IMG/VR virus record: IMGVR_UViG_3300042090_002148
Strand: one strand, 5' to 3'
Length of the DNA stretch: 64,000 nt
Source of the DNA: a virus
Position 1 is the stretch's first letter; each line of letters opens with the position of its first letter. The notes beneath the pieces were generated by a model. It ran no database searches and was not told the DNA's origin. It saw only the letters and a program-made list of their open reading frames with translations. Shown here piece by piece: positions 27,600 through 37,331 of this stretch. The translations under genes and the position numbers were made by a program.

Positions 27600-28809
27600 T
27601 CTGGATTCTCCACTCGTGTTCTTGCTGCGCCTGAGTGCCGGGGACCTGCTGAGCGACGGTGCGGACCGTGGCGCGTGCCGCACGCGCCGGAAGGCTGGGG
27701 CTGTTCTGGTAGTGGGTGTACGCCTCGTTGGCTGCCATGCCGGCCGCCAGATGCGGCGCGTACTTCGTGGCGGCTCCTGCGAGAGTGCCGGCGAGCGGGT
27801 GGATGTGCTTGGAGACCGCCTTGTCCACGGCGCCACCCGCTTCCGCTGCAGCGCCCGTGATGCCCTTGATGACCTTGCCCGCGGTGGAGTCGGCCTGCTT
27901 GAGGATGCCGGTGAGGCCGTTGTGGTTCGCGACCACATCCTTCCGAACCTCGCGCGCCTCGGCGAGCTTGCCGAGGATGCCGCAGAAGTCCGCGAAGTCG
28001 ACGACGAGCTCGTGCTCGGCGTTCACCAGGCTGCCCTGGCTAGCCACCTTGTCGAGAGAGGAGAGCATCTCTTCTCCGCCGTGGAACACCCCCTCACGCA
28101 GGAGGCGCGGCGTCATGAGCTCGAAGGCGACCTTGATGTGCTCCTCCGTCGGAGCCACGGTCTCCCAGGCCTGCATGATCTGTCCGAGCGAGACGTTGCT
28201 GAGCGCCGCCTGCTTCACGTGGTGGTAGACCTGGTCGCCGCACTCGGCGTACGCGATCTCGAGGCCGCTGATCTCGGTGAGGAGATGGTCCGCTGCGCCA
28301 GCGAGCTTGTCACGCAGGTCGATGATGGGACCGTACGGGTTGGCGAAGGGCTCCTCTACTGAGGCCTCCTTGACGCCGAACGCCTCACGCAGGAGCGCAT
28401 CGTCATCCTCCGCCGAGGCCGTCTTCGTGTGACCCCCGTGAGAGGGGGGCGAACTGTAGTCGAGCGTGCCGCGGTCGAAAACAGAACCACCGCCTCCATC
28501 ATTCAGGTCTTTCAGGATGTCGCTTATGTTCGCGGGGCCGCCCTCGAACTCGATGACCCGGTGAGCCGAGCCCTCCTTCTTGAACTCGGTCAGGAAGGCC
28601 GATGTGTTGGCGAACTCCACCACCCGCTTCACCTGCTCGGGGGAGAGCTGCGCCTGCTTCACGATCGAGGTCACCGCCTCGGTGAGCGTTGGGTAGACCG
28701 CCTTCTCCCAGTCTGCCGCGGCCTTCTTCCCCATCAGCTCGAGGTGTTCGCCGGAGACGGGGTGGGCGTGCGTCTGCTGGAGACGGGCTTGTGTCGGCAT
28801 CTCGCTCAT
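27589..28809 (-). CDS. Putative internal head protein
   Basis: GKKA, VKQA, TKTA, VKEA, DKLA, DKVA, LKQA motifs; amphipathic C-terminal cassette. Confidence 0.75.
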   Translation of the reverse strand: MSEMPTQARLQQTHAHPVSGEHLELMGKKAAADWEKAVYPTLTEAVTSIVKQAQLSPEQVKRVVEFANTSAFLTEFKKEGSAHRVIEFEGGPANISDILKDLNDGGGGSVFDRGTLDYSSPPSHGGHTKTASAEDDDALLREAFGVKEASVEEPFANPYGPIIDLRDKLAGAADHLLTEISGLEIAYAECGDQVYHHVKQAALSNVSLGQIMQAWETVAPTEEHIKVAFELMTPRLLREGVFHGGEEMLSSLDKVASQGSLVNAEHELVVDFADFCGILGKLAEAREVRKDVVANHNGLTGILKQADSTAGKVIKGITGAAAEAGGAVDKAVSKHIHPLAGTLAGAATKYAPHLAAGMAANEAYTHYQNSPSLPARAARATVRTVAQQVPGTQAQQEHEWRIQNGQ

Positions 28810-28816
28810 GCTTCAG

Positions 28817-28822
28817 AGTGTA
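28817..28822 (-). promoter_or_regulatory. -10 TACACT 7 nt before ATG (leaderless); TTGTGA 18 nt upstream
   Basis: TACACT-ctgaagc-ATG with no SD. Confidence 0.6.
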
Positions 28823-28857
28823 CTGCACCATCTCGCCGATTCACAACCCGAGGAGTC

Positions 28858-29583
28858 ATGCCGAAACCCGAACCAAGTGAGTACGTGACCAGGGACGAGG
28901 CAGCCGAGCTCCTGGGAGTAGGAGCCGACACCATCACGCGGTGGACGAAGACGGGCCGACTTGTGTCGGCTTCGCTCGAAAAGAGCGGGCCCAAGGGAGG
29001 ACGGCCTCGCGTTCTGTACAAGCGGGTGCACATCATGGAGATGGCGACACTTCTCGCCAACGAGCCCGACATGGCGCAGACGCACGCGCTCGGTCTGAGG
29101 AACGCCGCGTCTGTCTCCACCCTCGAGCGGCGGGTCGACGAGATCTACGACGCCATGGGCCTGGGCGTCGCCTCCCTGCCGACGGACGAGAGCTCTGTCC
29201 GCGCGCTGCTCCAAGAGACCAACTACTCCCCGGACCGACAGCAGCTACGGGCAATCACGTGGGTACGTCTGTGGGGCTCCCGCTTCTTCGGCATGAACAC
29301 CTTCTACTTCGAGCTCGCAGAACGAGTGCGACCGGATGCCTGGCAGTGCTACGCCGGCTTTGGGGACCTCATCGAGTACCGCGCTCACGACCTACTCGAA
29401 GAGGTCATCCAGCGCGATCCGGAGCTTGTACGCGCGTACAAGTACCTCGCCGCGGCGAAGCGGCACCTCCACTACCAGAGCTTCATGTACTGCGTGCAGC
29501 ACCACGGCCTGAAGGCGACTGTCGCTCAGCTGGGTCGCCCACCGAACGCCATCGCAGAAGTCTCTGCGCTGCTGATGAACTAG
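28858..29583 (+). CDS. MerR/excisionase-type HTH DNA-binding protein
   Basis: YVTRDEAAELLGVGADTITRWTKTGRL...RVLYKR; AGGAG SD. Confidence 0.8.
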   Translation: MPKPEPSEYVTRDEAAELLGVGADTITRWTKTGRLVSASLEKSGPKGGRPRVLYKRVHIMEMATLLANEPDMAQTHALGLRNAASVSTLERRVDEIYDAMGLGVASLPTDESSVRALLQETNYSPDRQQLRAITWVRLWGSRFFGMNTFYFELAERVRPDAWQCYAGFGDLIEYRAHDLLEEVIQRDPELVRAYKYLAAAKRHLHYQSFMYCVQHHGLKATVAQLGRPPNAIAEVSALLMN

Positions 29584-31439
29584 CCCTGGTTCGTCGGTCC
29601 GCTCCAGGTGGAGCGAAGAGGACCCACACCTGGGAGCTCGCGGTTCGGCGCGATGATGTCGGGGCGCGGAAACTTGAGCATCGAGGCGAGGAAGCAGTAG
29701 AGCACTGCGTGCATCGTGTCGTCGGGTCGATCAGGGCGGTGATCGTACTGGAGCATCCGAAGCGTGTTGTTGTACTTCGCGAAGATGTTCAGGAAGTCCG
29801 TGCCGTGCGGGTCCTCGAACTCGTCCCAGTTCGGGAACTCGATCTGCTTGCGCTTCACCGCGTTGAAGAGATCGCTCATCACCTCCGTGCGGACCGCCAT
29901 GTAGCGACGGAAGCCGGGGTGGAAGTAGAGCTTCTTCTTGCCGCGGGGGAGGTACTGGTACTTCCAGATGCGCTTCGGTCCGAAGAGGCGCGTCAGGTAG
30001 TCGTTCGGGTGGAAGCCTCCGCCGTAGTCGACGCCCACCAGGAGGACGTTGAAGTACTGCAGCATCTGCGAGATCTTCGCGAGCTGCGGCTCGGGATTCA
30101 CATCCTCTCCGGTGAAGCGGTGCGCGTAGAAGATGCGGAACCTGTTGCCGATGTACGTGCCCAGGACGAGCACCGTGTACGTGTTCTCTCCTGTGCCCCA
30201 GTCGATGCCTGCGAAGACCGGCTGCCCCGCGCTGAGCGCCTTGTACTTCGCCAGGCTGTGCGAGAGCATCGAGCCGCCCGTGCAGCACTCAACAAGCTGC
30301 TGACGAGTGAGGGGACGCAGGCCGGAGTCGTACGAGATGCCGAGCACCTCGTTGTGGAACCGCGCGCGGTCGTAGCGCGTGTAGTCCAGCATGATCTCTT
30401 GCCAGGACCGCCACGGCACCATCAGCTGGGGGATGCGGTAGCTCTCGAAGATGCCCTTCGACTGGAGCATCGCCCACTGCGCATCGGGGTGCGCGGGGTC
30501 GATGAGCTTGTGGCACTTCTCGCAGGAGAGACCCTTCTTCTGGATGTTCGCCTCACCGAGGATGTTCCAGTAACGGCCGGTCTCTCCGCCATGGTGATCA
30601 CAGGGGACGACCCACTCCCCCATCGTCGACATCGGGGTGCCGTCCTTCGACGTCCCGCTGCGGTAGTACTCGATGGAGTTGTCCAGGCCCTTGGGTGTGC
30701 CGGCGTAGATGAAGCTCTTCCACTTGTCGTCGGCGTGGCTGACGGCCTGCTCGATGACAGGGATGTTGTCCGAGAGGATGTCCTGGATCTCGTCGATGCA
30801 GAGACGCCAGGCTGAGATACCTCGGATGCGGTCGGCGTTGAGGAAGGCGTAGCGCAGTGTGATCTTCGAGCGGTTCACGAACTGCTTCTCGAAGACGTTC
30901 TGCTGGAGGAGCGTTGTGGTGAAGCCCTTCAGGACGTCGCTGGTCTCGAGGGGCTCCTTCAGACGGTCGACCGAGAAGGTCTTGGTCTGCGTCGCCGATG
31001 GAGAGACGTATAGCGTGCGGTACCCAGGGACCATGCAAGAGTACGCCACAGCCAGGTTCCCGAGCGCCGTCGACTTCTCGACCTGACGTCCGCACATCAG
31101 GTGGATGCGCTTCGCTGGCGTGTCGTAGATGCGCTTCATGTGCCGGCGGCCGTTGAAGCTGAACGGCACGTGTGTAGGGTCGGTCTCCTTCTGGATGTTC
31201 GTGTTTGGCATCCGGAACGCGAACTCGGTGAACTCCGAGGGTGTGACGCTCAGCATCCCCGTAGCCTGCACGCCGGACGTGTCTCCGAAGAGGTCGTAGT
31301 CACCGCACGGGTCATCACCAGGAGCCCAGCCCGACGCGAGGATCTCGTCGATCAGCTCTTGCTCTCGCAGCTCTTCTTCAGCATCCTCGTCGGTGTAGGG
31401 GATGTCCTCCGAGACCTCTGTTTCAACAGCCATCGTCAT
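29580..31439 (-). CDS. Terminase large subunit
   Basis: Walker A GRQVEKST, Walker B LCIDEIQD, nuclease AGIDWG and DDTMHA; start 31439 or 31433. Confidence 0.93.
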   Translation of the reverse strand: MTMAVETEVSEDIPYTDEDAEEELREQELIDEILASGWAPGDDPCGDYDLFGDTSGVQATGMLSVTPSEFTEFAFRMPNTNIQKETDPTHVPFSFNGRRHMKRIYDTPAKRIHLMCGRQVEKSTALGNLAVAYSCMVPGYRTLYVSPSATQTKTFSVDRLKEPLETSDVLKGFTTTLLQQNVFEKQFVNRSKITLRYAFLNADRIRGISAWRLCIDEIQDILSDNIPVIEQAVSHADDKWKSFIYAGTPKGLDNSIEYYRSGTSKDGTPMSTMGEWVVPCDHHGGETGRYWNILGEANIQKKGLSCEKCHKLIDPAHPDAQWAMLQSKGIFESYRIPQLMVPWRSWQEIMLDYTRYDRARFHNEVLGISYDSGLRPLTRQQLVECCTGGSMLSHSLAKYKALSAGQPVFAGIDWGTGENTYTVLVLGTYIGNRFRIFYAHRFTGEDVNPEPQLAKISQMLQYFNVLLVGVDYGGGFHPNDYLTRLFGPKRIWKYQYLPRGKKKLYFHPGFRRYMAVRTEVMSDLFNAVKRKQIEFPNWDEFEDPHGTDFLNIFAKYNNTLRMLQYDHRPDRPDDTMHAVLYCFLASMLKFPRPDIIAPNRELPGVGPLRSTWSGPTNQG

Positions 31440-31758
31440 GTTTCCACCGAAGCCTACCCACAACCCTCAAGAGCTGCTGAACAATCTCTGGATGAGCGTT
31501 CAACGCGCCGGCCCGGTCTTCACCGGAGACGCGAACATCATCCCCAAGGGAGACAAGCAGAGCTGCTCCATCTGCCTTGCGCCAGGCACCTTGATGCACG
31601 AGGTGAAGCACGCGCTACGGCGGTACATCAAGGCCTACGCCAAGGACAGCGGCTGGTACTTGAGCGACATCCGCTTCGAGAAGAGCTACCTCGCGTTCTC
31701 CATCGAGCTCTCGAGCGCAGCATCGAGCTTGTCGCAGAAGCCCAGCGCGAAGCGCTGA
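31438..31758 (+). CDS. Hypothetical protein
   Basis: High GC3; start uncertain (alternative ATG at about 31492). Confidence 0.55.
   Translation: MFPPKPTHNPQELLNNLWMSVQRAGPVFTGDANIIPKGDKQSCSICLAPGTLMHEVKHALRRYIKAYAKDSGWYLSDIRFEKSYLAFSIELSSAASSLSQKPSAKR
31451..31456 (-). promoter_or_regulatory. Candidate -10 TAGGCT for the terminase gene
   Basis: TAGGCT 11 nt before the ATG at 31439, embedded in the divergent ORF. Confidence 0.4.
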
Positions 31759-32156
31759 GGATCCAGCTTCATCCCCGCTCCCTTTGCGCGCAGCCACCAC
31801 GAGGCCTTCTCCTCGGTGTACGCCGCGACCAGACGACGCTCATCGGCGTCGAAGTACTCGCGCGCGACCTTCTCCATCACCTGCGGGAAGAGCTCGAGCC
31901 AGTACTTGTGTGGAGTGATCCCTAGCGTGAACGTTCCCGCCGAGGTCACCCAATGCGGCAGCGCATTGGCTTCCTTGGTCACGTAGAAGTGGTAGACCGC
32001 GTCACCTTCCGTGACGGCCACCTCCGCAGAGAAGGTCGTGAGGTCCTCAACCCTCGTGAAGTGGAGGGGTAGCAGGGGGAGTACCCCCTTCTGCTCCTCC
32101 GAGACCGTCCTCGTCACCTGGGTCGGGGTCAACTTCGTCGCGGTCATCTTTCCCAT
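31686..32156 (-). CDS. Hypothetical protein
   Basis: High GC3 from the first codon; AAGGGA SD. Confidence 0.65.
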   Translation of the reverse strand: MGKMTATKLTPTQVTRTVSEEQKGVLPLLPLHFTRVEDLTTFSAEVAVTEGDAVYHFYVTKEANALPHWVTSAGTFTLGITPHKYWLELFPQVMEKVAREYFDADERRLVAAYTEEKASWWLRAKGAGMKLDPQRFALGFCDKLDAALESSMENAR

Positions 32157-33084
32157 CGGACATTCCCTTCATCGGTACAAGCTCGGCTGTATGGTTTCCA
32201 TGCCCACCCGAGAGCTGACTGAGCGTGGGAACGGGGGCTGGGTCTGTTCGGAGAGCGATGGTCTCCAGGCCCTTGAGGCCGTCGTTCGGACGACCCAACG
32301 TCTGCTGGATGTTCGTGAGCGTCTGAGCTGCGCCCAGCCAGTTCGCGTACTCCTCGGATGCCCGTGGGCCGCCGATCATCAGCGCCTGCGCGGCTGCGTG
32401 GAAAGTGCGCCCCACCAGGTCCTCGATGCTCTCCATGATGTTCCCGACGGGAGGCAGGAAGCCAAGGGCCTGCTGCACCGCGTACGCAGAGAACATCGAG
32501 TTCGGCATCGAGACGGCGAAGTAGCGCGGGTCCTTGTAGTAGGCGCGGCGCAAGATCTCGGCGCGACCTTTGAACTCCGGGATGGACTCCTCCATGATCT
32601 TGTAGCGAATCTCCAGGAGGATGCGGAGCTTCGGTACGTCGAGCGCGGTGGTGTCCCAGAAGTAGTGCTTGTACAGCCCGACAGCGTCTGGCGTCGCGAA
32701 GATCTGGTACGCGCGCATCAACGCCGCAGAGATCGTCAGGAAGGTCTGCCCGCACATGAGCATCGCCTCTACCTGCAGCTTGGCGCGCGCGTGCTCGAGG
32801 ATGGAACGCGACAACCGCATCGTCTGGTCCGGGATGTAGAACCGGTTGATGCCGTTCTCGCAGATGTACATGAACGACGGCTGGTGACTCTGGTCCGTCG
32901 GGTAGAAGATCCGCGGCCTGGGCGGCATCTTCTTTCGGAGGCTGTCGATGTACTTGACCGAGATGAAGTCGAGCCCGTCGTCGATGAGGCGCTCCTTGAT
33001 GTCGGCCGAGGAGTACTCGTCGGGATGAACTACCAGTGCGCGAATGTACCGCTCAGCGGGACTGGTCAGGCGCAGTGATGCCAC
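32047..33084 (-). CDS. Hypothetical protein (possible terminase small subunit by position)
   Basis: Helical protein upstream of terL; function is inference only. Confidence 0.6.
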   Translation of the reverse strand: MASLRLTSPAERYIRALVVHPDEYSSADIKERLIDDGLDFISVKYIDSLRKKMPPRPRIFYPTDQSHQPSFMYICENGINRFYIPDQTMRLSRSILEHARAKLQVEAMLMCGQTFLTISAALMRAYQIFATPDAVGLYKHYFWDTTALDVPKLRILLEIRYKIMEESIPEFKGRAEILRRAYYKDPRYFAVSMPNSMFSAYAVQQALGFLPPVGNIMESIEDLVGRTFHAAAQALMIGGPRASEEYANWLGAAQTLTNIQQTLGRPNDGLKGLETIALRTDPAPVPTLSQLSGGHGNHTAELVPMKGMSDGKDDRDEVDPDPGDEDGLGGAEGGTPPATPPLHEG

Positions 33085-33105
33085 AACTCCAGCAGTACAA
33101 CTCGC

Positions 33106-35463
33106 TCAACCGGCTGTAAAGGCCAACTGCTGAAGGCCCTCGATCACCTGCTCCACGGTACGCATGGCCTTCTCGAGCGCGGGGATGGGGATGTTCCGCA
33201 GGCCGAGGCGCGCCGCCAAGAGGAGCTCACAGATCTTCTCCTGCGCCTCGTCGATCTTCGGGAGGTACGAGATGAAGACGCCGAGATTCTCTGCGTTGAG
33301 GAAGCCGAGTGAAAGAACCGCGTCGACCGCCGTCGGGTCCGGGATGACGGCGGCCTCCTTCACGAGGTCATGCTTCAGGCTGTTCGCCACCGCGGTGGCA
33401 GGTCCGATCTCCGTGGCCATATTCACCGCGGCCATCTTTGCCTGGAGCGCGCGCGGCTGGATGTAGTGCGCCACGCGCACCTCGACGGGCATGTTGTGGT
33501 ACTCCGCCTCGCCCATCTTCTTCTGCGCGTAGTTCATGTCCACGCCGAGGCCCGCGAGCAGGAAGAGCGTGTCGTCGATGCTCATAAAGGAGCGCTCGTC
33601 AGACGCGAGCTTGTCCACGGGGAAGCCGCTGACAGAGAAGGCCCCACCGCCACCGCGAAGAGTGACGGTCGCGAGAGTACGCTGCGCCTGGGCCTCCTTG
33701 CCGAAGCCCTCGGGCTTCTCGACCAGCGTGGTGTCCTCCGCCTTGTTGAGCGGGAGCCAGGAGAACGTGTCGGGGATGAGCAGGTGGTCACCGTCAGGAG
33801 ACGGCATGACCTTCTGGATGTTCGGCTGCACCGAGACCTGGACCTCGCGGCCGTCGTAGGTGACGCAGTGGAGCACAGCACCGCCGTTCTCCTGGTCGTT
33901 GACCGAGCCCTTCACGGTCATCGGGATGGTGGCCTCCGCGCTTCCATTCGAGAGGCGGTGGTAGAAGCAGCCCGCGCCCTTCGGTGTGCCCTCGAAGATG
34001 CTGCCCGCCTGGCTGACCGGGATGCCGACGATGTCGCTCTGGACCGCGTACTGGCTGCCGTTGGTGAAGAGCGCGATGGGCAGTGAGGTGCCGTCGATGT
34101 CGATGAGGTTCGGGAAGACGTAGCCGACCAGGTGACGGCCCTTCTCGTCCTGCACCTTGTAGACGCCGAAGCGATCGACGTGCTCCGGCTTGTCCTCCTC
34201 GGGGCTCTCCGGTTCCTCCACCGGCTTGTCGACGACGTTCTTCGGCGCTGCCTCCCCCTCTGCGGGCGGCGGCGAATCCATGGCCATCGTCGCCGAGCCC
34301 GTCTCATCCGCCGCGAGGACGACCTTCCCGCCGAGCAACTTGTAGGCCGTGCCGCGATCGAGGAGCTCCTCTTTCGGTGCCCAGCTGGTGTGCGAGGCGG
34401 ACTTCATCAAGTACCCCTCGTCCACCTTCTGGAGCTGAACCACGCTCGGATGGAGAGCCGCCGCAGCCGCGGTCTTCGGGGTGTACTCCATGAGCGACTT
34501 CAGGGAGTCACCCGCCGAGTTCCCGTTGGCCACGAACTGTCGCTGCAGCCCGACGCTGCTGCCGAGCTTGGCGATGAACGCGTCGTAGTCCTTCTCACTG
34601 ATGGTTGGCAGGATGGACTCGAGAATCGAACCATGCTTGGTGTTCTCGAACCCCTCCGCCAGTCCCGTGGTGATGGCCAGGCGTTTCTTTGCCTGCTCTT
34701 CCTTACCCAAGGCAGAGAGATGAAGGCCCCTCTCCTGGTTCTTGAACCCGCGCTCGGCAACGTCCTCGCCGGCGCGCCGCAAGCGCTCCCGCGTGGTCGG
34801 ATGAGCCCCCCACGACGAATTCCCGCGCGGGCCTGCGTGTACCCAATCGTGTGCTGCCTCCCCTGTGCGTCGAGCAACCTCCTTCACCTTTTGGACGGAA
34901 ATGGCCTCCTTCTCGAGATACTCCTCGAGCGCAGAGCCCTCCTTCCCCATGCCCACGCTCATCGTGGCGCCGCCGCCACCGAAGCCGTAGTTCTGTCGGT
35001 ACGGCGGGTAGAGCTGGCCGATGAGGGACATGTCGCCAGGTCCGCGGCCCGTGATGTCGAACGCCTGAGGGCGGAAGATGGCCTGGCGGAGACGCATCTC
35101 GGTGAGGGGGAGGAGCTTGTTGTCCGCGGTCACCATCAGGTCGAGAGGCTGGAGCTTCTTGTCCTTGATGATGACAGGGACCTTCACCTTCTGAACACCC
35201 GCTGCTTGCAGACCAGCCGGATCTGCACCATGCTGGATCTCAGTCTGATTGGCGAGCTCGAGAGACCCGAATCCATAGCCGCGCTCTCCGTCGACCTTCT
35301 CCATCGTGACCATGGGAGCGAAGTCAGAGGCCGCAGGGAACTGCTTGTAGAGGGCCTGCATGACCTCCGTGGACCACTGGTTCGGATCGTCGCTTAGCGC
35401 CTCCTCCCCACCGGCAGTCTTCTCAAACTCCACGTCGGGCACCAAGAACAGGGGCTGAACCAT
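33106..35463 (-). CDS. Large putative internal head protein (785 aa) with a K-x-A-flanked cassette
   Basis: Start MVQPLF; EKTA, EKEA, TKHG, PKTA, GKEA, DKLA, AKMA, VKEA motifs. Confidence 0.78.
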   Translation of the reverse strand: MVQPLFLVPDVEFEKTAGGEEALSDDPNQWSTEVMQALYKQFPAASDFAPMVTMEKVDGERGYGFGSLELANQTEIQHGADPAGLQAAGVQKVKVPVIIKDKKLQPLDLMVTADNKLLPLTEMRLRQAIFRPQAFDITGRGPGDMSLIGQLYPPYRQNYGFGGGGATMSVGMGKEGSALEEYLEKEAISVQKVKEVARRTGEAAHDWVHAGPRGNSSWGAHPTTRERLRRAGEDVAERGFKNQERGLHLSALGKEEQAKKRLAITTGLAEGFENTKHGSILESILPTISEKDYDAFIAKLGSSVGLQRQFVANGNSAGDSLKSLMEYTPKTAAAAALHPSVVQLQKVDEGYLMKSASHTSWAPKEELLDRGTAYKLLGGKVVLAADETGSATMAMDSPPPAEGEAAPKNVVDKPVEEPESPEEDKPEHVDRFGVYKVQDEKGRHLVGYVFPNLIDIDGTSLPIALFTNGSQYAVQSDIVGIPVSQAGSIFEGTPKGAGCFYHRLSNGSAEATIPMTVKGSVNDQENGGAVLHCVTYDGREVQVSVQPNIQKVMPSPDGDHLLIPDTFSWLPLNKAEDTTLVEKPEGFGKEAQAQRTLATVTLRGGGGAFSVSGFPVDKLASDERSFMSIDDTLFLLAGLGVDMNYAQKKMGEAEYHNMPVEVRVAHYIQPRALQAKMAAVNMATEIGPATAVANSLKHDLVKEAAVIPDPTAVDAVLSLGFLNAENLGVFISYLPKIDEAQEKICELLLAARLGLRNIPIPALEKAMRTVEQVIEGLQQLAFTAG

Positions 35464-36061
35464 GCCGACAAGCGTAGCAGAGACTTCGACCGCGCAGAAC
35501 AACGAGAAACGATGCACCAAGTGCGGGGGAACAGGACCCTTCAACAAGAAGCCAGGCGGGCGTGAGGGGCTGAACAGCCGGTGTGTGGGCTGCATGTCAG
35601 CCATGACCAAGGCATGGCGCAAAAACAATCCAGAGAAGAACAAAGCCAACAACTTGCGTGGCAACAAACGCAAGCTCGAACTACACCCCGAGAAGTACAA
35701 AGAACTGAACCGCAAATACTCCAAAGAGTGGGCGTGCAATCATCCGGAAGAACGACTACACGCAGCTGCTCGACAGCGCGCCAACCAGAACAACATCCCT
35801 TTCGACATCAAACGTAGCGACATTGTCATCCCCACACACTGTCCGTTGCTCGGCCTATCGCTGCAGAGAAGCGGATCAGGAAGGGTCGAATACAACTCTC
35901 CATCTTTGGATCGCATCCACAACAACCGCGGTTACGTGAAGGGAAACATCTGGGTCATCTCCCACCGAGCCAACCGCCTCAAAAGCAACGCTACCCTAGA
36001 AGAGCTCGAGCTCCTCACGACCAACCTCCGCAAGGCGCTAAGCCGTCAGGAAGATGGCTGA
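35462..36061 (+). CDS. HNH-like homing endonuclease with an N-terminal CxxC...CxxC
   Basis: CTKC, CVGC, HCPLLG, SPSLDRIHNNRGYVKGNIWVISHRANRLK; lower GC. Confidence 0.85.
   Translation: MPTSVAETSTAQNNEKRCTKCGGTGPFNKKPGGREGLNSRCVGCMSAMTKAWRKNNPEKNKANNLRGNKRKLELHPEKYKELNRKYSKEWACNHPEERLHAAARQRANQNNIPFDIKRSDIVIPTHCPLLGLSLQRSGSGRVEYNSPSLDRIHNNRGYVKGNIWVISHRANRLKSNATLEELELLTTNLRKALSRQEDG
35471..35476 (-). promoter_or_regulatory. Extended -10 TGc-TACGCT, 7 nt before ATG (leaderless)
   Basis: ctcTGcTACGCTtgtcggcATG, lying inside the first codons of the divergent HNH gene. Confidence 0.6.
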
Positions 36062-36712
36062 CATCGCAGCCGCCGCTGTCGGGTCCTTCGTGATGAGCGT
36101 GATGCCGGCCACTTCATCCGTAGGAAGAAGCGTCGTAGATCCGAAGGGTCCGCTACCTGTGATGCCGCCGGCGGCGATCATCCCGGAGAAGTCTGACCCC
36201 ACGTCCTGCAGCGTTTCGGTGCCCTGAGCTGGGAAGCCGAAGGCGAGCAGCATCACCGGTCCTGCGGATACCGCTGCGCTGATGGTGGCGATGAGGTCGA
36301 CGACGGGGAGCTTGATGGCGAGCGAGGCGCTGATGAGGGCCTGGATGCCCGCCACCTGTACGCCCAACAACGCGGTCAGCCCAAGGGACGCGGACAGCGA
36401 GGCACTGAGCTGCACCGAGACAGAAGGGAGGCCAAGCGAGAGTACGACGCTGATGCTCGCCTGGATCTGGATGATGGCCTGAAGCTGGGCCTCGAGTGCC
36501 GCTATGGGGTTCGAGATCGAGAGGCCGACGTTCAGCTGGAAGGAGAGCGATGCCTGGAGCTGAAGGTTCAGCGTCACGCCCAAGCTGCCGAGGCCAAAGC
36601 TGCCCGTGAGCATCAGGTCGAACTGCGAAAGCAGCGGCACGATAGCTGTGATGGAGCCGTCGAGCGCGACGTTGATGGCTCCGAGCGGGAGGGCGCCGAT
36701 GACTGTCAGCAT
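36038..36712 (-). CDS. Hydrophobic baseplate/tail-associated hypothetical protein
   Basis: Leu/Ser/Ala-rich helical protein next to the spike gene. Confidence 0.6.
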   Translation of the reverse strand: MLTVIGALPLGAINVALDGSITAIVPLLSQFDLMLTGSFGLGSLGVTLNLQLQASLSFQLNVGLSISNPIAALEAQLQAIIQIQASISVVLSLGLPSVSVQLSASLSASLGLTALLGVQVAGIQALISASLAIKLPVVDLIATISAAVSAGPVMLLAFGFPAQGTETLQDVGSDFSGMIAAGGITGSGPFGSTTLLPTDEVAGITLITKDPTAAAAMSAIFLTA

Positions 36713-37296
36713 GTCGGAAGTACTGTACGCGCAGGCGGGTTCAGGAGGTAGCTTGCTGCACGCTGAAGAAGTGCCGGGTCGTCCTTGAAGCGGCCGATGC
36801 CGTTGTTGCAGCTGCTACAGAGGAGGCCGCGCACCATCTTCCGGACATGGTCATGATCCACGTGCCACCTCACTGGCTTTCCATCGCGCAGCAGAGGTTC
36901 CTTACGCCCGCAGATCGCGCAGCATCCTCCCTGCACCCTCTCGAGCTCCTCGTACTGCTCGAGAGTGATGCCGTAGTTCGACATGAGCTTGATGGAGATG
37001 ACGCGTCTAGGGTCTTTCTCTCGTTGTGCCGCGGCGTAGCCCCTCGCACGCAGAAGCTGCTTGGCGTGCTGTTCAGGGTCTTCTTTACGCCGTTGTTCCT
37101 TCGCACGTAACTTCTCAGTATTGCTGCTGCGCCAGACGCGGTCTTGTGCGCGAGCAGCTGCTGCCTTCTCTGGGTGACGTGCGCGCCATCGACGCGTGTT
37201 CTCCGCAAGCGCGGCTCTTCCCTCTGGCGTAGCTGCACGTTTGCGCGCCTGTTCCCGTGCATAAGCACGGCGCTTCTTCGGGTCCTTGATCGGCAC
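36706..37296 (-). CDS. Endonuclease VII-like homing endonuclease
   Basis: YGITLEQYE...CAICG...HVDHDH...VRGLLCSSCNNGIG; GTG start. Confidence 0.88.
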   Translation of the reverse strand: MPIKDPKKRRAYAREQARKRAATPEGRAALAENTRRWRARHPEKAAAARAQDRVWRSSNTEKLRAKEQRRKEDPEQHAKQLLRARGYAAAQREKDPRRVISIKLMSNYGITLEQYEELERVQGGCCAICGRKEPLLRDGKPVRWHVDHDHVRKMVRGLLCSSCNNGIGRFKDDPALLQRAASYLLNPPARTVLPTC

Positions 37297-37302
37297 CGTA
37301 AG

Positions 37303-37331
37303 AGCGTATCACCGGTGGTAATCCTAGGCAA
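37303..37331 (-). promoter_or_regulatory. Sigma70-like promoter TTGCCT-17-TACGCT, 6 nt before GTG (leaderless)
   Basis: TTGCCTaggattaccaccggTGaTACGCTcttacgGTG. Confidence 0.6.

Noticed and set aside
32148-32154. Lambda-type slippery heptamer G GGA AAG
   Set aside because: It covers codons 1-3 of the 156-aa gene; a -1 slip would yield only a short peptide, with no plausible product.
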